A DNA stretch of 32,000 bases from Trichlorobacter lovleyi SZ (GTDB taxonomy: Bacteria > Desulfobacterota > Desulfuromonadia > Geobacterales > Pseudopelobacteraceae), in assembly GCF_000020385.1 (NCBI RefSeq), contig NC_010814.1:2280001-2312000 (forward strand), given 5' to 3'. Under the pieces are notes generated by a model. The model saw only the letters and a list, made by a program, of their open reading frames with translations, did not search any database and was not told the DNA's origin. The translations under genes and the position numbers were made by a program. Each line of letters starts with the position of its first letter. Within the stretch, counting starts at the first letter, position 1. Below are positions 1 through 8,202 of the stretch, in pieces.

Positions 1-1
1 C

Positions 2-3000
2 TGGCTTCTTAATGTAACCGGCAAAACGGATCGATCTCGATGCAATTTAAAAAAATGGCTTGATGCGCTGCAAAAAATCGATACTGATAAACTCGGAACC
101 ATTCAGCTTATCACCAACAAAGTTCCTGATCGCGATATTGAGGCATGCCTAGGCGGTGGAAGGCATCTGGATTTATCCAAAGCGCCCGAAAGCATCCAAA
201 GTCATGTAGAGGCAACACTTGGTAGCCGGGAAAATGCCGAGTGGTTGTTCTCCCTGTTGCAAGTTGTGCACAGTGACAAGGGTTACTTGAATCTTGAAAA
301 TGTGATTTATGATTCACTGCAGCGTTTTACAGACCGTGACGGCATCGACCGCTTATTGATTCAGGCCAGCAAATGGACATCCTTCAAGGATATGCCCCCC
401 CCTGATGGATGGATCACTCTTGACGTTCTTAACAGCATCATTTCTACCAAACGTCCTCGTCCAATCCCTGAAGACTTTGCAATTCCTGAAGGCTACGAAG
501 TTCCCGACGAAGAGTTTCACTCAGGTTTTGTTGCTGAAATCGAATCTGGAATAAAATCAATTCTTGTTCTGACCGGTCCGCCTGGCCGCGGCAAAAGCAC
601 ATACCTCAGCTATCTCTGCGAAACCTTGGAACAACACGGCATCCCCAATGTTCGTCACCACTACTTTCTTTCTCTGGTAGATAGAACCGATGACAGGCTT
701 TCTCCTTACGTCGTCAAAGATTCGCTCCTGCGCCAAATTGAGCTTTTTCATGCACAAGCTCATGTGGGAATCAAAAGCAATGTAGATTTATTTGAAGCTT
801 TGAGTAGATGCGCGGCTTATTACAAAGCACATAAGAAGCCATTTGTTGTTGTCATAGATGGGTTAGATCATGTCTGGCGTGATAATGCTGGAGATAAACG
901 CCCACTGGACGATCTCTTCAAGCAGCTCATACCAGCTCCCGATAACCTCGTACTCATTATTGGCACCCAACCAGTTACAGATTCTCGGCTTCCCGACAGA
1001 TTGCTGGTCCACGCTCCCCGACACGATTGGAAATTGCTCCCAGTCATGTCCGAAGTCTCGGTAATGCGTTACCTACAGGCTCAACTATCTTGTGGGCGGT
1101 TGTTCATGCAACACGGCACTCATGCGGCTGAAGAACTGGCAAAAAGTGCTCGCCTGATGCGCCAATTAACCGGAGGGCATCCACTGCATGTCATCTACGC
1201 GACCGGGCACCTTGTGAATAGTGGTGAAGGGCTTTCAACATGGAGTGTTGAGCATATTCCGGGAGATTTGAGCAGTGATGCCGAGACGTACTATCGATCC
1301 TTGTGGTTTGGGCTTTCCTATGTCCAAAAAGATATTCTGATACTGTTGGCAGAGTTCAGGTTTTATTGGCCAAGAAGGGCTTTTATAAGCTCCATGCTTC
1401 TGCCGGAAAATTGCAGCGAAGCTAACGTACATACCATTGAACACCTTCTTCATAGCTCCGTCATTGGGCTTCAACCGTTTCATGAAAGTCTTATCGTATT
1501 CATAAAGAACACCGCTGAATACACGGCCCGCGTCCAGATACTGCTTCCAGGCGTATTGCAATGGCTGGATTTTGAAGCTCCAGATCGTTTGAAAAATACA
1601 TGGTTGTGGATTGTTCAAGCGCGAACCGGAATCCCCGACCCTCTGATTGCCGGGCTCACTCGCGATTGGGTTCTCGACCGCTTGGCGGCTGGCTATCCTA
1701 TTGATGTGATTGCAGATATACTCACGGAAGCTGAAGAATCAGCATTCGACTTGCGGCGTTACGCTGATGCATATCGCTTGCGCCATCTGAAAACAAGAAT
1801 CCTGAATGGGCCGGAATTTCAGATCCCTGATGCAACCCGTTTAAAAATCTGCTCGTGGAAATGCGCGGATGATGGCTCTGTGCTTGATGAGGCTTTTGCG
1901 TCGCGTGAGGGCCTTTCGATTGTTGATGAAGCTGCACTTGGTCAAGCTTTGCAGTGGAAACAGCTTGATCAGGAAGCAAACGTTTGTGGAAAGGATGCAC
2001 TCCGCAGACACAGGGGGGACAGCCGCTTTGCTGTTGATGAGCAGCGCGACTCGAACCTAATGGGTGAAATCCTGTATTTGGGGCGAGTGTTTGCGGAACT
2101 GAACACAATTGCTGTTGAGGATGTTAGTCTGAAAGGGGTTTTTAACTCCGGTGATGTGCGCCTGACAGCAGCATTTGTGAGTGGACTTGTTTCGTGCCAG
2201 GATTTGGCGAGAATCATGATGCTCAGGACAAAGTTGCTACGTCCTTCGCGAAAAAAGTTGGTTGAAGATGCGGCCATTCGTGTTGCGGCGCTTCAGGGTG
2301 TGAAAATCCATTACTGGGCAGAATTTAAATCATTCAAACATAGCACCATTGCCGGATGTTGGGCTCAGCTTGTTGACACCCCTCTGGATGCGTACTCCTT
2401 TACGCCTTTTCCAGAAAACTGGAGGGATTACAACAACAACGAAGCGTTAGCTCGGATGGCGCATGAGTGGTTTTTCAAGAGCATCCTCGTAATGCTAACA
2501 GCGGGTGGCAAGTTTTCCTGGCTTTCCCTGCCAGTATCACAGGACACTTATTTTCCGGAAGTTGTTCACTACCTTGATCGAATGACACAGTACGCAGAAA
2601 ACGTTGCGATCATGTGGCGAAGCGAGACCCCCGTAGCGTTCCACCAGTTTTATGATTTTTTTTCAAACCTTACCCCTCCTGGCAGAAACGAGCCCAACAA
2701 GCACTATCCATTTTCAAAGTTCTGCAAGGCATTGATTCCGATTGCTTTGGACTGCCAGCTACTTAGCACTGCAATAGGTGGTACGATCTTGATTGATGCG
2801 GCTTCTTTGGAGTCGGCTGCGAAAAGTCCCTGGCTGAACCTGCATCATTTCAGGGAGTCATATGCACAAAATGGGATAAAGCTGCTTACGGATGATGGTG
2901 CAAAATTCCTTATTGACCACGGAAGGGCGTATCTCTCTCAATGGGATGAAACCTGCGAATACTCACGTGCATTACTTGAAATGTGCGAAATTGCTTTACT

Positions 3001-5593
3001 GCATGAAATGGATAGTGAGGCTCGGCAACTCTGCCGACTCTGCTGGGATTATGTGTTGGGGTATGGCCATCGAAAAGACCTGACAATGCTCACGCTTTTG
3101 GACGCGATTGAATATCTTGCTGATGATGCTCCAGATTTTTGTCGCTCCACACTTGCGGAAATTGCACCACAGATACACCACATTACTGATTACACTGATG
3201 GTAAGGGTACACAACAGGCTTTAAGTTATGCAGACACTCTTCTTGTGAAGCTGGATCTTTCAAGGCTTGCCGAAAAATACGCCGACCACGTCAGTTCGGG
3301 CGATTGGCGCTATGCCGATGAGTGCTTTACTTCATTGTTTACTGGCGATATTACTTCGCCATTTTTTGAAGCTTTGGCACGGACAGGGCTACCAAAGGAA
3401 GCTGTCGAAAACCTGCGCAAACGCGTCCAGAAAGGAGATCAAAGGGCTGCGGAGCTTTTGGATGTTGCCAACTCCCATGTTGGTGCTTCATTTGGAACAA
3501 TCGAAAGACAAGATGTTCAAAACAAATCTGACGAACTCCGAGCGTTCGAGGGCAAGCCAGAAGAATACCCTCCGGTTGCTTTTACAACGCTTCTTTCGGA
3601 GATGAGAGAAAGCGGTACGTACGACATGTATTCTTACCTGCCAAGCTGGTACGAATATTGGGCTGCTCAGGGGCGAGAGTCGGATTTGTTGCGAACGCTT
3701 GAGCCGTTGTTATTGAGTGAAGAGGCTCGCCGTGACGACGTCAAATACATGCTTGATCTGGCTTTTGAGACATGCCTGAAACTCCGCGGGAAAGCAAGTG
3801 CCTTCAGGTATGCAGTTCAGGCACAGAAAGAAATGGGTGGCTGGTCTGATTTTTATGAATCATCCGACAAGTCATTACACAGGCTGTATCAGGTCGCCGA
3901 GCTATATCCTGAACATGCTGATGAATTCATCGCTTTATCCTGCTTTTCAATGTATCGCCGCAAGCATAAATCAAGTGCCAGGGTCATTCCCAATGATAAG
4001 CTGGTCTACTTTCTTGTCAGGCTGGGACGAGTTGAGGAAGCCATGCAGCTTGTTCGCGCAATGGTGCAGTCTGTACTTGAAGATACTCGGCATTTACCGT
4101 TGACACACCCGGTATGGGCTAATGTGTCTGAACGGGAAGACAGTTCTGCTCAGATACGTTTTCTTGTCGTGAGAAGTAGATGGCCGGTGCCTGCGGTGAA
4201 ATGGTGGTCGTTGCAGCAATTGGCAAACCTGCTCAACTCAGAGTTTACGGGAATCGTAGAGACTGAGTTGTATCGTGCCCTGGACGAGGCCAAACTTGAA
4301 ACAGAGGTTGCGGAGCTTCTTTGCTGTTTCTGGCTGGCAAAACAGGACGGTTACAAGCCGAGTGTGGTATTACCGAGGCACATCCATGCTCAATCTCCAT
4401 TATCAACGTTGATACTAGGTGACCTTGTCGAACCGCTCCTTTTTGAGGGTAGCCAGAGAGCCCCTTTACTATTGGCACCTTACGGATATCAGGCGGCCGT
4501 TGATTTTGAAGAAGCACAAGGGACAACGGTTCCCCGAATTTACAGAACTCTTCTTGAACACCTTGAGCATCCTCAATTGCCTCCGTTTGTCAAACAGTAC
4601 GCATTTGAGTGGGATAATACGTCTCACCTTTACCCGGAAGCACCGTTCCAGAGTGATGTCGGCTACTTTCTTGGATATGCTTCTCGTAGCGAGATGACGG
4701 GGCAATTTGTGCCACGCGCCACTCAACGTGGACGTTCCGCCTTTTTGCGCACGTTAGCCGTCGCGCAAGATATCTGCAATGCCCCTCAAAATCTTATCGA
4801 CGATCATACGCTAGTGGCATTGCCTGTTGATCCGACATTCGCCGCGCTTACCCCGTCAAAGCCCGATTGGCTTCCTGCGTGGGAGACTGAACTATCACCC
4901 ATTAGCCGGGAAATTGAGAGATTCATAATTGAGACCATCACACAGATGTCAGTATCTGAACCGGGAACAGCGCTATTGGCATTATCCACACCTCTCAACA
5001 TCAGTGAAAACAGGATCATTAATCTTCAGGTAATCAGATGGGTGCAATGGGAGGATAAACCCCTCGATGCGGAAGAGCTCATTACCCGCCATAGGCATCA
5101 AACGAGTTCTCAAAACCTTGGTTGGTGCCATGTCAAAGGAATGCAGAAAACGACAGTTATTCCGGTAGTGCCTCTGAACAATCTTATTGATCCAGAGACA
5201 TGTGCTGCTCCAACAGCCTTTGAGCCCGGTCGCTGGAGACGAGGCTACCTTCATTCTGCCCTTGATTCACGAGGACTATTTTTCCCAGCGTCAACTGTCG
5301 CGGGAACAGAAATTAGAGTCAGGCCGGTTGCCGGTCAGGTGGAACTTCAAATCGGTACTTCTGGAGTAGGGGGATGGGAATATTGGAATGCCGGATGGCA
5401 TTCATCTCATCCAAAAGGCGCTAAAGCATTCTGCGGTACAGCTCTGACGTTGACTACGGATGCCATGCACTCCCTTTGGGAAAATGCACCAGTAAAACAT
5501 CTGTATGTTTGGAAATGCACCATGCTTCATCGGGAGGCGTCTTATGATAGATTCACTTGTCAACATAACTTTGGAACATTTGCTGCGCCATGA
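2..5593 (+). CDS. Giant STAND (NACHT-like) P-loop NTPase, 5'-partial because it runs off the window edge; at least 1,863 sense codons in the window
   Basis: Frame 2 has no stop from nt 2 to TGA 5591-5593. The track's start at 245 is a TTG and is simply the first ATG/GTG/TTG in frame. There are 81 stop-free codons upstream of it and no Shine-Dalgarno, so the gene most likely starts off-window. Walker A GPPGRGKST is at nt 575-601. The Walker B has the NACHT-type hhhhDGLDx pattern, FVVVIDGLDH, at nt 842-871. About 1,450 aa follow with no motif I recognise. Confidence 0.8.
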   Translation, partial: WLLNVTGKTDRSRCNLKKWLDALQKIDTDKLGTIQLITNKVPDRDIEACLGGGRHLDLSKAPESIQSHVEATLGSRENAEWLFSLLQVVHSDKGYLNLENVIYDSLQRFTDRDGIDRLLIQASKWTSFKDMPPPDGWITLDVLNSIISTKRPRPIPEDFAIPEGYEVPDEEFHSGFVAEIESGIKSILVLTGPPGRGKSTYLSYLCETLEQHGIPNVRHHYFLSLVDRTDDRLSPYVVKDSLLRQIELFHAQAHVGIKSNVDLFEALSRCAAYYKAHKKPFVVVIDGLDHVWRDNAGDKRPLDDLFKQLIPAPDNLVLIIGTQPVTDSRLPDRLLVHAPRHDWKLLPVMSEVSVMRYLQAQLSCGRLFMQHGTHAAEELAKSARLMRQLTGGHPLHVIYATGHLVNSGEGLSTWSVEHIPGDLSSDAETYYRSLWFGLSYVQKDILILLAEFRFYWPRRAFISSMLLPENCSEANVHTIEHLLHSSVIGLQPFHESLIVFIKNTAEYTARVQILLPGVLQWLDFEAPDRLKNTWLWIVQARTGIPDPLIAGLTRDWVLDRLAAGYPIDVIADILTEAEESAFDLRRYADAYRLRHLKTRILNGPEFQIPDATRLKICSWKCADDGSVLDEAFASREGLSIVDEAALGQALQWKQLDQEANVCGKDALRRHRGDSRFAVDEQRDSNLMGEILYLGRVFAELNTIAVEDVSLKGVFNSGDVRLTAAFVSGLVSCQDLARIMMLRTKLLRPSRKKLVEDAAIRVAALQGVKIHYWAEFKSFKHSTIAGCWAQLVDTPLDAYSFTPFPENWRDYNNNEALARMAHEWFFKSILVMLTAGGKFSWLSLPVSQDTYFPEVVHYLDRMTQYAENVAIMWRSETPVAFHQFYDFFSNLTPPGRNEPNKHYPFSKFCKALIPIALDCQLLSTAIGGTILIDAASLESAAKSPWLNLHHFRESYAQNGIKLLTDDGAKFLIDHGRAYLSQWDETCEYSRALLEMCEIALLHEMDSEARQLCRLCWDYVLGYGHRKDLTMLTLLDAIEYLADDAPDFCRSTLAEIAPQIHHITDYTDGKGTQQALSYADTLLVKLDLSRLAEKYADHVSSGDWRYADECFTSLFTGDITSPFFEALARTGLPKEAVENLRKRVQKGDQRAAELLDVANSHVGASFGTIERQDVQNKSDELRAFEGKPEEYPPVAFTTLLSEMRESGTYDMYSYLPSWYEYWAAQGRESDLLRTLEPLLLSEEARRDDVKYMLDLAFETCLKLRGKASAFRYAVQAQKEMGGWSDFYESSDKSLHRLYQVAELYPEHADEFIALSCFSMYRRKHKSSARVIPNDKLVYFLVRLGRVEEAMQLVRAMVQSVLEDTRHLPLTHPVWANVSEREDSSAQIRFLVVRSRWPVPAVKWWSLQQLANLLNSEFTGIVETELYRALDEAKLETEVAELLCCFWLAKQDGYKPSVVLPRHIHAQSPLSTLILGDLVEPLLFEGSQRAPLLLAPYGYQAAVDFEEAQGTTVPRIYRTLLEHLEHPQLPPFVKQYAFEWDNTSHLYPEAPFQSDVGYFLGYASRSEMTGQFVPRATQRGRSAFLRTLAVAQDICNAPQNLIDDHTLVALPVDPTFAALTPSKPDWLPAWETELSPISREIERFIIETITQMSVSEPGTALLALSTPLNISENRIINLQVIRWVQWEDKPLDAEELITRHRHQTSSQNLGWCHVKGMQKTTVIPVVPLNNLIDPETCAAPTAFEPGRWRRGYLHSALDSRGLFFPASTVAGTEIRVRPVAGQVELQIGTSGVGGWEYWNAGWHSSHPKGAKAFCGTALTLTTDAMHSLWENAPVKHLYVWKCTMLHREASYDRFTCQHNFGTFAAP

Positions 5594-5780
5594 CATTTAA
5601 ACCAGTCAAACTTGCCTGTAGCACGACAGCTTTATCCATGATACATGCCGCTGTCTGTCGGGCAGTACTTGACGGTCGGCCTGAGTATCTTCAGGAATTC
5701 GCAACACCGAATTCACCGAGACTGACGCTTGATACGGACCAATATTAGTCGTACAACGAACAGCATACCAAGGAGCTATC

Positions 5781-6050
5781 ATGCCAACAATATCGATGTT
5801 TTATGGGATAATTATCTACCTCTACTTTTACGATGACGAGCGACACCATGTACCACACGTTCATGCCAAGTATCAGGGACAAGACGTTTCTGTATCGATC
5901 ATCGACGGAGAAGTGCTGGCTGGAGAGATTCCTCTGGCAAAGCTACGGCTTGTGCAGGCATGGATTGAAATCCACCGTGAAGCACTGCTGGCCGACTGGG
6001 AACTGGCAGTTAACGGACAGACACCATTCCCCATCGATCCGCTGCGTTAG
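5781..6050 (+). CDS. DUF4160 family small protein
   Basis: 89 aa. The N-terminus MPTISMFYGIIIYLYFYDDERHHVPHVHAKYQG is the characteristic DUF4160 signature (MPTIs.FyGi.i.my..D..h..PH.Ha.Y.g). SD AAGGAG at 5770-5775 lies 5 nt before the ATG. Confidence 0.85.
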   Translation: MPTISMFYGIIIYLYFYDDERHHVPHVHAKYQGQDVSVSIIDGEVLAGEIPLAKLRLVQAWIEIHREALLADWELAVNGQTPFPIDPLR

Positions 6051-6060
6051 GAGCAATGTT

Positions 6061-6330
6061 ATGGAAAAGGTAATCAAGGTAGTTCCCAAAGAAGACTTCC
6101 GGTTGTTGATAACCTTCAATACAGGGGAAACAAAGTTGTTTGATGCCCGCTCATACTTGGAAAAGGGTGTCTTCACCAAGTTGAAGCAACCTGAATTGTT
6201 CCGACAGGCGTATGTAGCGTTTGATACGGTCTGCTGGCCCGGTGAATTGGATATCGCACCAGAGACGCTGTATGACGCCTCTGTTCCGCTATCTGTGTGC
6301 GAAGATCCGCCGGAATACAAGTCCGGTTAA
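6061..6330 (+). CDS. DUF2442 family small protein, the usual partner of DUF4160
   Basis: 89 aa from ATG 6061, with SD AGGAG at 6049-6053. It has the DUF2442-like pattern: V.VVP..DF.LLITF..GE...FD...YL..GVF..L....LF....V.FDTV.WP.ELDIAPETLY. The part of the 165-aa track ORF upstream of 6061 overlaps the DUF4160 gene in another frame and was discarded. Confidence 0.85.
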   Translation: MEKVIKVVPKEDFRLLITFNTGETKLFDARSYLEKGVFTKLKQPELFRQAYVAFDTVCWPGELDIAPETLYDASVPLSVCEDPPEYKSG

Positions 6331-6385
6331 AATCGGTTGATTTTCGCAGATTCACACATATGCCTATCACCTCAAGAATCACTTC

Positions 6386-6414
6386 TTGACCAACGATACC
6401 ACTATTGATACTAT
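6386..6414 (+). promoter_or_regulatory. Putative sigma-70 promoter of hicAB with an extended -10; predicts a leaderless hicA mRNA
   Basis: -35 TTGACC (6386-6391), a 17-nt spacer ending in TGa (6406-6408), and -10 TACTAT (6409-6414). Only 5 nt separate the -10 from ATG 6420, and there is no SD. Confidence 0.4.
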
Positions 6415-6419
6415 AAATC

Positions 6420-6683
6420 ATGCCAACATTGTCCGACCTTATTGAAGCCATGCGCAATAGCCCCACTGGGGTACGCTTTATTGATCTATGCAAGGTCTGT
6501 GACCACTATTTTGGGTCAGCCCGCCAGTCAGGCAGCAGTCACCGGGTATACAAAACACCATGGATCGGAGACCCACGGGTAAACATCCAGAACGATAAGG
6601 GTAAGGCAAAGGCATATCAGGTGAAGCAGGTTCTTAAGGCAATCGAACGAATGGAGATGGAACATGGTTGCGAGAAAAACTGA
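6420..6683 (+). CDS. hicA: HicA-family toxin (mRNA interferase), type II TA
   Basis: 87 aa. The core GSSHRVYKTPWIGDPRVNIQNDKGKAKAYQVKQVLKAIE matches the long HicA variant I know as a partner of RHH-type HicB. It overlaps the downstream antitoxin gene by 20 nt. Confidence 0.8.
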   Translation: MPTLSDLIEAMRNSPTGVRFIDLCKVCDHYFGSARQSGSSHRVYKTPWIGDPRVNIQNDKGKAKAYQVKQVLKAIERMEMEHGCEKN

Positions 6684-7005
6684 TATCTACGACAAATATA
6701 CCTACCGCGTGACTTGGTCGGAAGAGGATTCCGAATATGTAGGGCTTTGTGCCGAGTTTCCCAGCCTGAGCTGGCTGGCAGAGTCGCGCGAGGCAGCGCT
6801 GCGCGGAGTGAGCAAGCTGGTGGCAGAGGTGGTTGAAGATATGCGCCATAATAACGAAGCAACGCCAGAACCGCTTGCCGTCAAGCAGTTTAGCGGTAAA
6901 TTTATGGTCCGTATCCCTCCCGAGGTACACCGGCAACTGGCTATTCAGGCTGCAGAAGCGGGAGTTAGCCTCAACAGGCTGGCAAGCACCAAACTGAGCC
7001 GCTGA
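6664..7005 (+). CDS. hicB: HicB-family antitoxin with a C-terminal RHH-like DNA-binding tail
   Basis: 113 aa. YTYRVTWSEEDSEYVGLCAEFPSLSWLAESREAALRGV is the typical HicB N-domain. The C-terminus FSGKFMVRIPPEVHRQLAIQAAEAGVSLNRLASTKL is typical of an Arc/RHH-type tail. Confidence 0.85.
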   Translation: MVARKTDIYDKYTYRVTWSEEDSEYVGLCAEFPSLSWLAESREAALRGVSKLVAEVVEDMRHNNEATPEPLAVKQFSGKFMVRIPPEVHRQLAIQAAEAGVSLNRLASTKLSR

Positions 7006-7051
7006 AGTTTTTACACTTTCTGTGTATTTAATAGTTAAATAGAGACACGAT

Positions 7052-7657
7052 ATGATCTTGGACAACAAACTCACTATCACCGATCAGATCGAACTGGCCA
7101 AGGCCGAAGAAAAAATCAGCAAACAGAAAGCCAGACAACTGTTTGACTCTGGCGATATTAACAAAGTAGAAATCGGTACCTTTGCCGGCCTTGCGTTTAT
7201 CCATGCCTATCTTTTTGAAGATATGTACCCCTTTGCCGGGAAAATCCGCGATCTGAACATTGCCAAAGGGGATTTCCGTTTTGTGCCGTTGATGTATCTG
7301 GAGCCATCGTTGAAACATATCGATGCCATGCCCCAAGGCACGTTTGATCAGATCATTGAAAAATATATTGAGATGAATGTTGCCCACCCTTTCCGCGAAG
7401 GCAATGGCCGCGCTACCCGTATCTGGCTGGATCTGATGCTTAAAAAGGAAATCCGGCAGGTGGTGGATTGGAACCGGGTCGATAAGGAAGAATACCTTTC
7501 CGCCATGCAGCGTAGTGTGGTGAAAGATCTTGAAATAAAATTCCTGCTGAAACAGGCCCTTACTGACCAGATTGACAACCGTGCCCTGTTTATGAAGGGG
7601 ATTGATGTTAGCTATTACTACGAAGGCTACAGCGAATTTAAGACCGAGGAGCTATAG
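7052..7657 (+). CDS. fic: Class III Fic protein (NmFic-like AMP transferase) with a C-terminal autoinhibitory helix
   Basis: 201 aa. Fic active-site motif HPFREGNGRATR at nt 7385-7420 (consensus HxFx[D/E]GNGRxxR). C-terminal inhibitory motif S-YYY-E-G at nt 7610-7627 ([S/T]xxxE[G/N]). As far as I remember the Neisseria meningitidis NmFic sequence, the resemblance runs end to end (..LF.SGDI...E.G....L..IH.YLF...Y.FAG.IR..NI.KG.FRF...). Confidence 0.92.
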   Translation: MILDNKLTITDQIELAKAEEKISKQKARQLFDSGDINKVEIGTFAGLAFIHAYLFEDMYPFAGKIRDLNIAKGDFRFVPLMYLEPSLKHIDAMPQGTFDQIIEKYIEMNVAHPFREGNGRATRIWLDLMLKKEIRQVVDWNRVDKEEYLSAMQRSVVKDLEIKFLLKQALTDQIDNRALFMKGIDVSYYYEGYSEFKTEEL

Positions 7658-7659
7658 CC

Positions 7660-8202
7660 GTGACCTCTAAATTGCTACACGCCCCCACCACCCCAAAAAT
7701 TGTCATCATCGCTGGTCCCAATGGTGCGGGCAAAACCACCTTTGCCCGTGAATTTCTCCCCCATGAGGCAAACTGTCCAGATTTCATCAATGCCGACCTG
7801 ATTGCTGCCGGGCTGTCACCATTCAAGCCGGAAGCTGCGGCATTCCGTGCCGGGCGCCTCATGTTGCAGGAAATCCATGAAAAGGTACGGCAACAAAAGA
7901 GTTTTGCCTTTGAAACCACCTTAAGCGGTCGCACCTATCTGAAACTTTTGCAGGAATGCCGTGCTAATGGTTATCACATTATGCTGATATTTCTCAGTTT
8001 ACCAACAGCAGACATGGCTGTAACGCGAGTTGCCGCACGGGTAATCCAAGGCGGGCATAATGTGCCGGAGCTGGATATCCGGCGCAGATTCAAAGCTGGT
8101 TTGAACAACTTTCATGCGGTTTACAAGCAGGTTGCGGATATCTGGACGCTTTACGACAATTCTGGTACCATTCCATCCATCTTGGATCAGGGAGAAAATT
8201 AG
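7660..8202 (+). CDS. Zeta-toxin-like P-loop kinase / COG4185-type ATPase
   Basis: 180 aa. GTG start 2 nt after the fic stop, with SD GAGGAG at 7646-7651. Walker A GPNGAGKTT, followed by FINADLIA, then a helical lid region (RVIQGGHNVPE..IRRRF) typical of the zeta/AAA_33-like small kinases. Confidence 0.78.
   Translation: MTSKLLHAPTTPKIVIIAGPNGAGKTTFAREFLPHEANCPDFINADLIAAGLSPFKPEAAAFRAGRLMLQEIHEKVRQQKSFAFETTLSGRTYLKLLQECRANGYHIMLIFLSLPTADMAVTRVAARVIQGGHNVPELDIRRRFKAGLNNFHAVYKQVADIWTLYDNSGTIPSILDQGEN

Noticed and set aside
245-247. TTG at 245 given by the ORF track as the start of the 1,782-aa protein
   Set aside because: The frame is open for 81 more codons back to nt 2. No ATG/GTG/TTG or SD precedes 245. 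The upstream translation reads like real protein. I treat the gene as 5'-truncated by the window.
5833-6060. N-terminal 76 codons of the 165-aa ORF 5833-6330
   Set aside because: This stretch overlaps the DUF4160 gene in another frame. The DUF2442 signature begins at ATG 6061, which has its own AGGAG.
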